This document shows positions 23,401 through 38,400 of a DNA stretch of 61,726 bases, in pieces. Made by a program: the position numbers and the translations under genes. Each line of letters starts with the position of its first letter. Position 1 is the stretch's first letter. The stretch is taken from positions 1 to 61,726 of the forward strand of contig JAFCDK010000002.1 of the NCBI GenBank assembly GCA_017609745.1. The letters are read 5' to 3'. Below the pieces are notes generated by a model. It searched no databases, was not told the DNA's origin, and saw nothing but the letters and a program-made list of their open reading frames with translations. Source of the DNA: Candidatus Pacearchaeota archaeon (GTDB taxonomy: Archaea > Nanobdellota > Nanobdellia > Pacearchaeales > GW2011-AR1).

Positions 23401-26400
23401 AAATGCAAATTAGAAACATCGATTCCATCTCCCCCATATTTAAACTGGACAATATGTCCTGAAGCATCTCTAACAGTTCTATCATATTCAACTTTTAAAT
23501 CTTGCAATGCATTTGCTAATCTTCTATATAAATATCCTGATTTTGGAGTTCTTAAAGCAGTATCCATTAGTGCGTCTCTTCCGGTTATTGCTCCAAAAAA
23601 GAATTCATATGGATTAAGTCCCTCTATAAAAGAATTATAAATAAATCCTCTTGCTCTTGGCGAAAGGTCTCCTTTTTTGAAAAATGATAATGTTCTTCCT
23701 CTATAACCCAATTCAATTCTTTTAGACCATAAAGCCTGCTGACCAATACAACAAGCAATTTGAGTTATATTAAGAATATTCCCCCCCGCACCTGACAATA
23801 TCATTGTATTAACTGGATTTTTTTTAGGGAATTCTCTTTTTACAATTCTTCCTATTTTTGTTCTAACTTCATTCAAAACTTTCAAAATCTTTATTTCTCG
23901 AGATTCTTCTAATGTTTTTCCAGGAATTATTTCAAGAGTATTATTATTATAAGATTCAATTACTTCTTCTGTTTTTATTTCAGCATCTTTAATTACTTCT
24001 TTTGTTAATTCCTTTATTTTTTCATTAACATTTAAATCATTTAAAGAAATTGTAAATCCTCTTCTTGAAAGATATTTTGTTCCTAAACTAAACGCTTCTT
24101 TAATTGTTTCAAATACAATATCTCTTCCTTTCACTTGATCTATTAATTTTATTAAAACTCCGTCTTCAACCCCAAATGCATATTTATTTACAGTGCCACT
24201 TACAATTTCTCCATTTTTAATCTTCAAATTTTTTGTCCCTTCTATTTTTGTTTTTATTTCATAATCAATATTTGGTAAAATCTTTGAAAATATTTCATTA
24301 CCTTCAAGTTCTTTTTTATTAAAAGCAACCTCTTTTCCTGCTTCAAATAAAAGCTGTTGAGAATCTCCTTTGCTGAGTTTATCATTACTTAATAAATAAC
24401 CACCAGTAATTGCATCAGAAATACATCCAATTAAATTTGAATTATTTTTAGGACTCATTAAATTTTGCTTTACATCCATAAGGTTTTTTGCTTCTATTCT
24501 CGCTTCTTCATTTTGTGGAGAGTGAATATTCATTTCATCTCCATCAAAATCAGCATTATAAGGTGTTGTTGCCGCTGGGTGAAGCCTGAATGTTTTATAT
24601 GGCAGGACCTTTACGAAATGAGCCATTAAACTTAATTTATGCAGACTTGGATGTCTATTAAATAAAACAATATCGCTATCCTGAAGATGGCGCTCAACAA
24701 AATATCCTGGTTCTAATTCTTCAATTATTTCTGATTTTAAATCAACAGATATTCTTTTTCTTTTTCCATCTGGTCTTATAATATAATTTGCACGAGGGTA
24801 AACTTCAGATAAAATTAATTTCTTAATTGATTCTATGTTTTTAGATGTAACTTCTTCTTTTACTGTAATAACTTCTGCAACTTCATATGGAATCCCTATC
24901 TCATTAATATGGAGGGAAGGGTCTGGAGAAATTACAGTTCTTGCAGAATAATTTACTCTTTTTCCTGTAAGATTATGTCTTATTCTTCCTTCTTTTCCTT
25001 TTATTCTTTCTGTAATTGTCTTTAAAGGTTGCCCGCTTCTGTGTCTTGCAGGAGGAATTCTAGTGATTGCATTATCAAAAAAAGTTGTAATATGATATTG
25101 TAACAAATCCCATAAATCTTCAATAATAACTTCTGGAGCACCAGCATTTAAATTTTCCCATAATCTTTGATTTGCTCTAATTATATCAGAAAGTTTATGA
25201 GTTAAATCATCCTCGCTTCTTTCTCCTGATTCTAAAGTTATACTTGGTCTGGTTGTTACAGACGGCACGAGCAGTAAAGTTAAAATAGCCCATTCTGGTC
25301 TGCATGTTTTTGGATTTACTCCAACTAACCTGCAATCTTCATCAGGAATTTTAGTAAGAAGATCTCTTATTTCTGTTGGGAATATTCTTCTTTTTCCAAG
25401 ATAAAAAGTTGTCGGTTTTTCAAGTTTAACTTTTTCTTGTGGCGCTTTACAATAAGGGCATTTCTTAACATCTTTTGCTTTTTTCAATCTTTGTAGAGGT
25501 TTCCTAATTTTTTTAATTTGTTCTTCTGTTATTAAAATTTTCCCACATTCACTGCAAAAACCCCTTAAAAAACCATAAATCATCTGAATGTATTTTATAT
25601 GTATAACTGCTCTAGCGAGCTCAATACTTCCGGGATGTCCCGGGCATTCTTTAAGTCTGCCCCCACAAGTTCTGCATCTAACTCCTGGATCTATAGCCCC
25701 CATCCTTAAATCCATTAATCCGCCATCAACAGGATACCCATCTATATCATAAAGTTCAGGAGTTACAATCTTGGCTCGAGAAATTTTTTTAATATTCTCA
25801 GGACTAAGCAAACCAAACTTCAGTGCTTTAACCTGTTTTCTTATTGCTTCCATTTTTTATTTTGATTCGTAAAAACCTGAACCAAACATTTTATCTATCT
25901 GATATAATAGACAAATTTCATAATTTCTGCTACAAGTTGATTCAAAATTTTTTTTATCTTTAGCTTTTTCACACCCTTGTTTAGCTAATGGGCAAATTTC
26001 TACATACCCATTTACTAAAACTGGTTTTTTTGTTCTTTGTTCTAATGATTGTGCCATTCTATTCATATTTATTTTTTAGGATTTAGAGGCGCCCTGGCCG
26101 AGATTTGAACTCGGATATCTTTTCAGATCCTGCTTATTAGGCAGGTGTCTTAACCATTCGACAACCAGGGCACTTTCTCCACCCTTAACCAAAAAGTTTA
26201 TATAGCTCTTTAGATTATTATTACTAAGTCCGAGAATCGGATGTCTTAACCAATTCGACAACTTTATTTTTTCTTTATTTTTATTATTTTCCATCTCATT
26301 CATATTTATTTTTTAAATCATATTTAGTTGCAATGTGCAGACCGAGCAATTCATCTGTCAAGAGTTTGAAAGCATATGATACTTCAATAGGTTCAACATC

Positions 26401-29400
26401 ATTACTCCCACAAATTGAACATGTAATTTTATTTCTTATTGTATCTTTTATTGCTACTGACCCACATTCTGTGCAAATATGAAGCACAGTTTTATCTGAA
26501 TCATATCTTTCTTTCAGCAACAGCGAAGCTCCATGAGCAACTAATGCCTGCTGTTCCATTTCTCCTAATCTTAATGCTCCCCCCTTTGCTCTTCCTTCAA
26601 CAGGCTGTCGTGTGAGCAGAGTAACTTTTCCAGAAGCTCTTGCATGCATTTTATTTGAAACCATATATTTTAATTTAAGATAATACATATTTCCAATGTA
26701 AATCTTAGCTTTCATCATTTTCCCAGTTATTCCATCATACATTGTCTCTTTTCCGTCAGGTCTAAACCCAAGATTTCTCAAAAATTCTTCTATATCTTCT
26801 ATTTTTTGATTTCCAAATGAAGTCCCATTTATTATTTTTCCTGACAAGCATCCAACTTTGCCGGAAAGTAATTCAAATAAATATCCAACAGTCATTCTAC
26901 TTGGAATTCCATGCGGATTAAAAATTAAATCAGGACGTATTCCTCTAACAGTAAATGGAATATCATTTTCTTCAACAAGTAAACCAACAACCCCTTTTTG
27001 TCCGTGAGATGTTGAGAATTTATCTCCAAGTTCAGGAATTCTTTGATCTCTTGTTCTTACCTGCACAACTTTATTTCCTTCATTATCCTCTGTCACAAAA
27101 ACAGCGTCAATTACTGCTTTTTCTTCCTGCCTTACAATCGTGCTATTTTCTTTTTTTGTTTTAATACTAAGATCTTTTGCTTCAGAAAGGAATTTTGGAG
27201 GAGAGACTTTTCCTATAACAACTTCCCCTGAATTTAAATAAGCTTCTGGATAAACAATGCCGTCATTTTCCAAAAATCTGTAGGATTCTTCTGTTTTATA
27301 CCCAGATGTATCTTTGCTAGGCACTGTTATTTCATCTGTTAAACCACCTGCATAATGAATTTCTTTTGAGGTATATGGCCTAAAATATGTGCTTCTACCC
27401 AGCCCCCTATCTACACTTGCTTTGTTTAATATAATTGCATCCTCCATATTATATCCTTCATAAGTCATAACTGCAACAACTAAATTTTGTCCAGCAGGAT
27501 AAACATTTAAAGTATCATAAACAAAACTTCTAACAATTGGCTTTTGCGGATAATGTAATATACTTACATCTGTATCAATTCTGCATAAGAAATTTGCACA
27601 ATACAACCCCAAAGCCTGTTTTTGTGTCTTGCTCCCCCTCATTAATCTCGATGCCTGATCATGATTACCATATGGAACCAAGCTAGTAACCAGCCCTAAA
27701 AATGCAACCCTATCAACCTCCATATGTGTATTTTCTTCTGTAATATTTGTATTAGATAAAGCAATAAAAGCATTTTCTTCTTCAGATGCATCCAGATATT
27801 CAATTATTCCTTGCTTTATTAAATTATCCCACTTTATTTTTCCTTGCTCAAGTAAAACAAGATGTTCGTCTTTTAATTTTGATTTCCCCTTATCTACTAT
27901 TATTAAAGGTCTTAAAACTCTTCCAGTGTCTGTAAATACTGTAATTTCTCCTGCTTCTTTATTGTTTCTTATACTTAATTCAATTGGAAATTCACTTGCT
28001 CTTCTTCTCTCTCTCACATTCTCTACAAATTTATCTGGCTCTTCACAACTTCCAATATAAATTCCATTCATAAAAACATCTGTTTCTCCTTCGTCCTCTA
28101 ATCCCATACCTTTAAATTCTTTTATAATATCTTCATCTTGTAAAGAAATTTTTGTAGATATTCTACTTAATAATGATAGGTTTTTTCTAAGTCCTATTTC
28201 ACTTCCTTCTGGAGTTTCTATTGGGCAGAATCTTCCAAAATGTGTTGGGTGGGCTGTTCTTGCTAAGAAATTTTCCTGTTCTCCTGGAAGCATACTAGAA
28301 ACTCTTTGCAATTGAGATATAATAGCAAAACAGTTTGTTTTATCCATATTTTGGGTAACTCCTGTTCTTTCTCCTATCCAGCTTCCTGTTGCAATTGCAG
28401 ATTCTACTCTATGAGAAAATAAAGTTGATTTAGCAATAGTTTTAATACTGAAGAATTTCTTTCTCTTCAAAGTTTTTTGCAGTGAATATTGCATATCTCT
28501 TACAAGAATGTTTAAATTAACTCTAAATAAATCAGAAAGCAAGTCACCAGAAAGTCTCACTCTTTTATTTTCATAATGGTCTTTATCTGTTTTTATTTTC
28601 GGATTTTCTTTTGCATTTAAAAATCGTTTAATTAGTTTACACAAAGTTATTGCTTTTTTCATTCTTGCATTTTTATCAAGCCCAATGTGAGGCAAACAAT
28701 AAGAATCTATTCTTTGCTTAACCCTATCTAAAATTTCTTTTTTTGTTCCTTGCAAAGAAGTCTCCTTCGCAATCTCCATCATTGCTTCTTCTGTTGTTCC
28801 GAGTTTTGCATATTCATAAAGATTAACAATCAAAGAATCTGTTTCTTTCTCAATATATTTTACAATATCAGATTCTTTTGTCATTCCAAGAGCCTTTAAT
28901 ACCACAACTGCCGGAATATTTTTAAATCTGCTAAAAGACAATTCTATAATTCCATCTTTTGTTTCAAGAATAGAAAGAGGAATTCTATAAGCCCCCCTTG
29001 AAGAAAAAAGTCTTAACATTAATTTTCCTTTAGAATTTTCAATAAACGGCTTGTTTGCTGCTAAGTCCTCAGTCATTATCATAACTCTCTCATTGCCATT
29101 AATTATAAAATATCCTCCTGTATCTTGCGGGTCAATAAATTCTTTTTCAAGTTCTTCTTTAGACATATCAACTATATTACATATCTTGCTCTTTATCATA
29201 ATAGGAATTCTTCCAATTTCAACTTCATTTGTTTCTATTTGATTTCCTTGCTTTGTTGTAATCTCAAGATATATTGGAGCAGAATAAGTCATTCCCCTTA
29301 TTCTCGCTTCTGCAGGTGTAATCATATTGATAGAGCCATCAGCTTCAATTATATTTGGTCTGCCTGTTCTTATTTTACCTAATTGAATTTCAACTTCTGC

Positions 29401-32400
29401 ATCTTTTGAAATATTTTTAGAAAGACCATCAACAATTTCTTGCATTCTTATGTCAATAAAATTATTAAAAGAAATAATATTTGATTCTACAAGCGAGTGT
29501 TCATTCAAGTATTTTTCCACTATAAGGTGTTCTTTTTTGTCTTGCATTTTGCACATTTACTCCTAATAGTTTAATTCAATTTAATATTTATTTTAAACTA
29601 CAACCCGATAATAAATTATCTCATTATCTTCTTGTTTTCTTATTATTTTGATTATATCTCCCAATTGGCAATCCAAATTAGCAATACCATAGTCCTCTAA
29701 ACTTATTTTAGGCAACTGAGCTTTAGAAATATTTAACTGAGATAGTAATCTCTCAGCTTCTTCTGGTTTTAATTTAGAATGTTTTGGTTGTAGAATATGC
29801 ATTTGGGACTTATTTTGAAAGGATATAGCTTATTAGCTTCTACCTATCTAATTTTTTGACGACTTATGAATACTAAAATTATAGAGAAAGGAGTTTATAA
29901 ATTTTTTGGTGGGAAAATTATAGATAATAGAACAGAAAATTAAAGGCCGAGTTTAAAATCTTCTAAAAATCTTTTAAATTCGTTTCTATGTTTACGAGGG
30001 ATTATATATCCTTTACTACCTATATCATATTTAAATCCTTCATGTTCATTAATACAAGCATATCCTATAATTGGTCCGAGTTTTTTTATTCTATTGCCTA
30101 TACCAATAGTAATCCATCCATCTTCAGATTTAGATATATCATATTTTCTTCCAATAATTCTCCCCCATAACCCCCTATTACTTAACTTTCCCGCAATTTC
30201 TTCTAAACCTTGCTGTACTTTTTCAAGAACTTCTTCATTAAATTTATTTGACATTTTCCCTTCAAATCTCTATTCACGAAGTGGCCCCGGAGGGATTTGA
30301 ACCCACGACACCTTGGTTAAAAGCCAAGTGCTCTGCCAGACTGAGCTACGGAGCCATATCTGACATAGGATTTTTTGTTTTTTAAATGTTTCATTACATA
30401 TTTTTGAGAACTATAATATATTTAAATTATAATAATTTAAGTTTCTCATGAATGAACAAAGAGGTTTTCATAGGACATTTATTGAGGCAACAGATATTTC
30501 AGATGCTTGGTTTCAGGGTCTACATAAAATAATAAGGGAACCTGTCCATGAATATACCATTACGCGGGGGAGTTATGCAGGTCAAAAAAGAAGAGAATTT
30601 GATTTTATAGATATCCAAATAAATCATCCAGGTCACAGACCTTTAGCTCCGATAATGCCTGAAGGAATTAATATTCCGCCACCAACAACTGATAAGAAAA
30701 TTGAACAAAATTATCTTCTATATCTTTTAACAGATGAAAAACAGCCAGAAGAAGAATATACTTATGGAGAACGATTAGTTAATCCAAAAGTAATAATTGA
30801 CGGAAAAGAATTTGCTTTAGGTATAAATCCTTTAGAAGAATTAGTTAAAATGTATAATAGAGACGGATATGGAACAAATCAAGCAACATTAGAAATTGCA
30901 ATGCCCTCTGATATTTTATTATCTGACCCCCCTTGCTGTAGGATAGTAGATACAAGAGTAAGATATGGAGCATTACATTTTTTTCTTTATTTTAGGTCTT
31001 GGGATTTATTTGGGGGTTTGCCAGAAAATTTAGGAGGATATCAATTAGTTAAAGAACATATTGCAGATAGAATTGGAGTAAAAGATGGAAAATTATTTGC
31101 TTCAAGTAAAGGTCTTCATCTCTACGACCATTACTGGGAATTAGCAGAAATTTTAACCCAGACAAAAAAAATTCAATAAAAATAAAATAATTCGCAAGAT
31201 AAAAAATCATTAAAATGTCCTATAAATCCCTCTTCATTGTATTTGAAGGAATTGATGGAAGTGGCACATCTACACAAACGACATTATTTGGAGAAAAAAT
31301 TTTTCAAGCAGATAAATCTCATCATGTTCTGCTAACACGGGAACCTTATGATAATGAATATACAAAAAAAATAAGAGAAAAATTAAGGATTGATGGTGAT
31401 GCTTATTTAGATGCAGAACAAATGGCTGATTTGTATATTGAAGACAGAAAAAAACATATTAAAGATTTAATTAAACCAAATTTAAGAAAAGGAATTTATG
31501 TTGTTTCTGATAGATATAAACTTTCAACACTTGCTTATCAATCAGCACAAGGATTGAATATAGACAAATTAATTACAAAACATAATAATTTTCCAATTCC
31601 TGATTTAACTTTTTTTATTGATACATCAGTAGAAGTTGCTTTACAGAGAAGCAAACAAGATGAACCTAAATTTGAAAATCAAGAATTTCAAGAAAAAACA
31701 AGAGAAAAATATTTGCAAACAATAGAAAAATTAAGAGCAAAAGGAGAAATAATTTATAGAATTAATGGAAACAAAAATATCTCAGAAGTTTCAAATTCAA
31801 TTTTCCAAGTATTTTCTCAAGGGCTCCAAAACAATTTTTGACCAACTTTCAACATTACAATTTTTACAAGTTTCATTTAATTCTTCAAATCCTTTAAATC
31901 CTCCATATGTTATTTCAGAATCTTTTGGAATAACATCCCCCAAAGTTTTAACAACATATAAAATTCCAAAATGAACTTCTCCTACTGAATTTGAATCATC
32001 ATTAATATAACCTAAAATATTAATATTCTCTATTTCTCCTTTTAATTGAATCTCCTCCTTTAGCACTTCTCTTTCTAAACTTTCTCTAAGCAGGTTTTCA
32101 TTTTTTGTATCTAAAGGTTCTATATGTCCTCCCAAACCCCAAGACCATTTTCCCTGCAGTCTTTTTTCATGATAATTTTTATCTTGTTTAGAACGTTGAT
32201 AAGTAAAAACTTGTTTAGTTGTTGGATTGACAATTGAAGTATAAGCAATTGGTTGTTTATAATTAGAGTCATGTTCTGCATCTCCTCTTCTCATATTTTC
32301 AAAATTTTGAAGAATTACGCTTTCATAGTCAAATTCTTCGTGAGACTTAAAACCTTGAAAATTATTTCTTCCATATTCAAAAAGAATTTTTCTTTCAACT

Positions 32401-35400
32401 ACAATTATTTTTTGATTTTCTTTTTGCATTTTTAATTATTCTCCACAACCTGATAAATTCACAAAATTGCATTTTGGATTAATACATTTTTCTTCACAAT
32501 GCCCTCTTACCATCATTCTTGAGCCACAAATAGGACAAAAACCGCCTAATTGTTCTATAATTCCTTGAGAATCTTTTTCATTTTCTTTAGTTGCTACTTC
32601 AATAACTTCTATTTTATCTGGCTCTTTGTCTTCTTGATTACAAAACTGTTTTTCAAGTGCAGTAAAAATATAATCTATAATTGATGTAGCTGTTTTAATA
32701 TCTTCTCTACCTTCCCAAATAATTCCATAAGGTTCAAATCTCTGATTTTTGAATTTTTTGACAAGAGTTTCTAAAGGCACACCATGTTGTAATGCTAAAG
32801 ATGTTAAAGTTCCAACAGTATCCATTAACCCTCCGATAGTGCTTCCTTCTTTAGACATGGTAATAAATAATTCTCCTGGTTGTCCATCTTCATATAATCC
32901 AATATGAAAATATCCTTCATGGTGGCCAATGTCAAACTTATGTCTTATAGCTGGCGCAGTTGTAGGTAATTTCCTTCTTACAATCTCTTGCCCAACCTTT
33001 GATTCTAAATTTTTTTTAAAACTTAAAGGTTGTCCTCTTTTGCTTCCATCTCTATATAATGCAACTGCTTTTAATCCTAATTTCCATGATTTTACATATA
33101 TGTTTTCTATTTCTTCAACTGTTACTTCTTTTGGTAAATTCACTGTTTTAGAGATACTGCCAGATAAAAATGGTTGAACAGCAGCCATCATTTTTATATG
33201 CCCTATCGGAGAAATTGTTCTAGTTCCATTTTCAGGTTTGTTCGCACAATCAAAAATAGCAAGATGTTCTTCCATTAAATCAGGAGAGCCTTCAACTGTT
33301 TCATTTTCTTCTATGTATTTCATAATAGAATCTTTCTGTTTTTCAGTATAACCTAAATTTTCTAAAGCAGCACCAACAGAATAATTTACTATTTTTAATG
33401 TTCCTCCTTCAGCTAAAAGTTTGTATTGGACTAATCCAAGTTCAGGTTCAACACCTTTTGTTGCACAATCCATCATAAATCCTATTGTTCCAGTAGGTGC
33501 AAGAACTGTTGCCTGAGCATTTCTAAAACCATAAATTTCCCCTCTTTTTATTACATTATCCCATGTTGTTTCTGCTTCATCTAAAACTTTTTCTAATCCT
33601 TTTGGTAATTTATTTCTATCAATATTTTCTAAAGCAGACCTGTGCTTTTCTATTATTTTTAACATCGGCTCTTTATTATTTTCAAATTCTTCAAAAACTC
33701 CAATTTTTTCAGCCATTTCTGTAGAAGTTTCATAAACTTTTCCAGTCATAAGAGCAGTTATTGTTGCAGCACTTGCTCTTGCTTCATCACTATCATAAGG
33801 CAATCCCAAATACATCAATAATGCTCCTAAATTTGCATAACCAATTCCAAGAGGCCTAAACTTATAAGAATTTTCTGCAATTTTTTTAGTAGGAAAACTT
33901 GAATTATCAATATTTAAATCCATGGCAAAAGCAGTTATTCTAATAGCTTTTCCAAAATCTTTAACATTAAATATTTTATCAGGACCCATAAATCCCATTA
34001 AATTAAATGAAGCTAAATTACAAGAACTATCATCTATAAACATATATTCTGAACAAGGATTTGATGCATTAATTCTTTCTGCATTAGGACAGGTATGCCA
34101 GTTATTTATTGTTGTATCAAACTGCAATCCAGGATCTCCACAAGCCCAAGTGCCTTCTGCAATTAATCTTATTAATTCTCTTGCTTTGTATTTTGGCATA
34201 TCATCTGCCAACTCTTTATTATTAACAGGAACAGTTTGCCATTCTTCATCATTTTCATAAGCACTCATAAATTCATCATTAACTCTGACAGAAAAATTTG
34301 CATTTTGATAAGAAACTGTTTCAGCAGCTTCATCATATGTGAGTCCTGCGTAATCCATTAAACATTCTAAATTTTTCTGCTCCTTTGTTTTAGCAACAAT
34401 AAATTCTTTTATATCTGGATGTGTTACTTTTAAGGAATTCATTTTTGCAGCTCTTCTTGTTTTTCCTCCAGATTTTACAATTCCTGCAACATCACTATAA
34501 AATATTTCATAAGCTAAAGGTCCTGAAGGTGTCCCTCCACCAGATAATTTTTCTCTGGAACTTCTTAATGTTGATAAATCTGTTCCAGTTCCAGAGCCAT
34601 ATCTAAATAATAAAGCTTCTTTTTTAGCTAAATCCATAATTTCTTCCAGTGTATCACCAACGCTTTGTATAAAACAAGCAGAAGTTTGGGGATATTCATG
34701 AATTTTTTCATAAGGGATTAAATCTATTTTTCCATCAACAATTCCATATTCTTCCCTCTGTTCTTCAGTTCTTCTTGATTTATATTTATCAGTGCCAACA
34801 TTAAACCATACAGGAGAATTAAATGCCATCATCTGATTTAGAGTTAGATAAGCAATTTCATTTCTAAAATTCTCTGCACTCTCTTTATCCATATATTCTT
34901 GTTTTCTTGCCCATTCAGGATATTTATCACTAACTCTTTTAATTAAAGTTCTTATAGAACCTTCTCTTTCTTCTGTTCCTCCCTCCCCATAAAAATATCT
35001 AGAAGCAATTATTTTTATACCTAATTCACTATAAAATTCAGGAACTTCAATACCTTCTTGAATAAAAAGAGTTTCTCCATTTTCATCACTTATTTCTATA
35101 TTAGTTTTTCTCCAACCAACATTTTCATAAACGTCTCCTTTTTCATGAAAATATTTTTCAACATTTAATTTTTCCACCATCTTTTTTATTTCGCAGATTT
35201 GAAACCACAAAACTATTTAAATTCTTTTCTATGATAAAAAATATACTTTACAATTTCTTTTTATTAAAAATTATTTACCGAAGAGTTTTTAAATAAGTTT
35301 TTCTTTAAATAAACATCAATGAATATCACACATAATTTAATTAAATAAAAGGAGGTGAATAAAGTGTTAAAAAACACAAGAGATAAAAGAGGAATTTCAG

Positions 35401-38400
35401 GTGTTGTAGTAACTATCTTATTAATTCTATTAGCTTTAGTAGCTATTTTAATTATTTGGCAGGTTATCAAACCTCTTATACAAGGAACAGCTGAAAAAGT
35501 TAGTGCAGAATGTATTACAATTGATTTAGAAATACTAAGTGCATCTTATGACTCAACACTGGGAGATCTTAGTGTTGAAGTTAAAAGAAATCCAGGTATA
35601 GGAGATATAAAAGGAATAAGAATTCTTTTAAATGATGCTTCAGAAACAATATGGACAAGTGATAATTTAGATGAAGGAGAATTAGCAAATGAACTTGGTT
35701 TAGAGACTTTTGATGCAAATACAGGAAGTCTTACTACAGATCCAACACAAGTTCAAGTAGCCGCACTTATTGAATCTGGAGAAGGGACATTATCTCCATG
35801 TAGTCCAGTAGTTCATTCAGTAACTGTAACCACCTAAAGAGTCTTATTTTTTATTTTTTTACTTTTTTTTGATTTAAAATTTTATATTTTTAATTATGTC
35901 AGAAATGCTAATGCGAAAACCACACATCATCATCCCCCCCCATTGTCAAGTTCTCTTTACTATATTATTAGTTTTCTTAATTTAATCTCTTAACCATATA
36001 ATTTCCCTTTAATTTATATCCAAGTTTTTTATAATATTCCCTAACACCTACACCAGAAATAACAGCAATTTTCTGGAATTTTTTTCCTTGCTTGTTTTTA
36101 TTATTTTCTTTTTCTACAATTTTTTCAGCTTTTTGCATTAACATCTTGCCAATTCCAATATGCTGGCTTTGTTTGCCAGATTTGCCAATCTCAATTGCTT
36201 TGCCATAAACATGCAACTCACGAATAATTACAGCATCTTTTAATTCATCAATAAAAACTTTATCAGGAAACCGAAGTCTAAGCAAGCCAAACAAAATCTT
36301 ATTTTTATTAACAGCTTCAATAAAATATTCCTCTCCTTCACTTGCTTTATATTTTGTAATTTTAATTTTTACTTTTCTATCAATATTTTCTTTATTTTTT
36401 TGCCTGCCAATTTCACGAAAACGAATCTCGTTTATTTTTATTTTATTTTTTCCTTCTGTATCTCTAATTTCTTTTTCAAATTCACTTCTTAAATCAATAT
36501 TAATAACACCAGCAATTAAATATGCTGGCGGAATTTCTCGCATTATTCTCATAACTCTGCAATAATTTGGAATAATCTTTAACATTCTAATTAGAAGTTT
36601 TTTTAATTCTTGTTTATTATATGGTTTATATTTTTCCTGCCAATACCATTTTTCTAACTCTGCACCGCGAATAACTTGACATGGATAAATTTTTAGTTGG
36701 TCTGGTTTAAATCTCTGGTCGTTGAATAATTTTCTAAACATTTTCAAATCTTTTGCAGTCGTCATTCCAGGTAAACCAGGCATTATGTGATAGCCAACTT
36801 TAAATCCAGAATCTTTTAACAGCTTTGTAGCGTCTATTACATCTTTAACAGTATGACCTCTCTTAACTTTCTCATATATTTTATTATCAATTGCCTGCAC
36901 CCCCAACTCTACACGCGTGCATCCATAATTTAATATTCTCTGAATTTCCTGCTTGCCACAAACATCTGGCCGAGTTTCAATACATAAAGCAACACAGCGA
37001 TGTTTTGCAGTTTCATTTTTTTTCTTTGCCTCACTTAAATTTCGACTTTTCTTATTATTAAGTGCATCATAACAATCTTTTACAAATTTCTCTTGATATT
37101 TAATAGGATAATCTAAAAATGTTCCTCCCATTATAATAAGTTCAATTTTATCTGTTGGATGATTCATAACACTATATGCTCTAAGTCTAGCTTTAACTTG
37201 TTTATATGCATTATAATCAAGCATCATTGCTCTCATAATAGCAGGAGATTTGGGAGTATAACTTTGAGGAACATGCAAACTCGGGCAATATAAACATATT
37301 CCATGATTGCATGCCTTCGGCTTCAGAACAACTGCGAGAGGAGTTACACCCGAGAGGGTTTTGCTCGGCTTTCGAATTTCATGAGGTTTTGGTTTTAACA
37401 TGTTATAAATTGAAACCTTTCTTTTTTAAATTTAGCTGTTTCAATTTTTAATCATCCAAAAGTTCAGGTAGGAACACAAGGACTTTTTGATATACATCCC
37501 ATCACAAAAATCTATTTAAAATCTTTTTGATTTTTATGAAGATGAATGAATTTACAGAATTTTTAAAAGACATAGATTCAGGAAGATTTAAAGTTATTGG
37601 TTATAACTTATCGGGCGATTATTATTTTACAGCTAGAAACAATATATTATCTGAAAATGAAGCCATAGTTTTTGCTAAGGAAAGACAAAGAATAGAGGAT
37701 GAAATTGAAGGAAAAAAAGTAATAACAAGAGTTTTTTATGTTGTTAATAGTAAAGGAAAAAAAATTTATTCTACTGTTTGTAGAGCTGCTAATACCATTA
37801 TAATAGGAGAAGAACAAAAATGAAAATTGGAATCATCGGAGGTTCAGGTTTAGAAGATTTAAAAATTCTTTCTGATGCCAGAGAAATTTTTTTTGATACA
37901 CCTTATGGAAGGCCGAGTTCTCCACTAATTCTTGGAAAAATAAATGATATTGAAGTTATAATTATTTCTAGGCACGGAAAAAACCACGCAATTCCACCAA
38001 CTTTTGTTAATAACAGAGCAAATATTTGGGCTTTAAAAGAACAAGGATGCACACATATAATTGCAACAACAGCCTGTGGCTCTCTGCGAGAAGAAATAGG
38101 CAGAGGAGATTTTGTTATTTTAAATCAGTTTATTGATTTTACAAGACACAGAACAATAACATATTTTGAAGAATTTAATAAAGGCCCAAAACATACAGCA
38201 ATGGCCAAGCCTTTTTCAGAAGAATTAAGAGAAATATTAATTAAAACTTGCAAAGAATTAGATTTTGCTTGTCATGAAAAAGGAACCATAGTTACAATTG
38301 AAGGCCCAAGGTTTTCAACAATAGCAGAGAGTAATATGTTTCGTTCATGGGGTGCAGATGTTATTAATATGTCAACAGCACCTGAAGCTGTGCTTGCGAA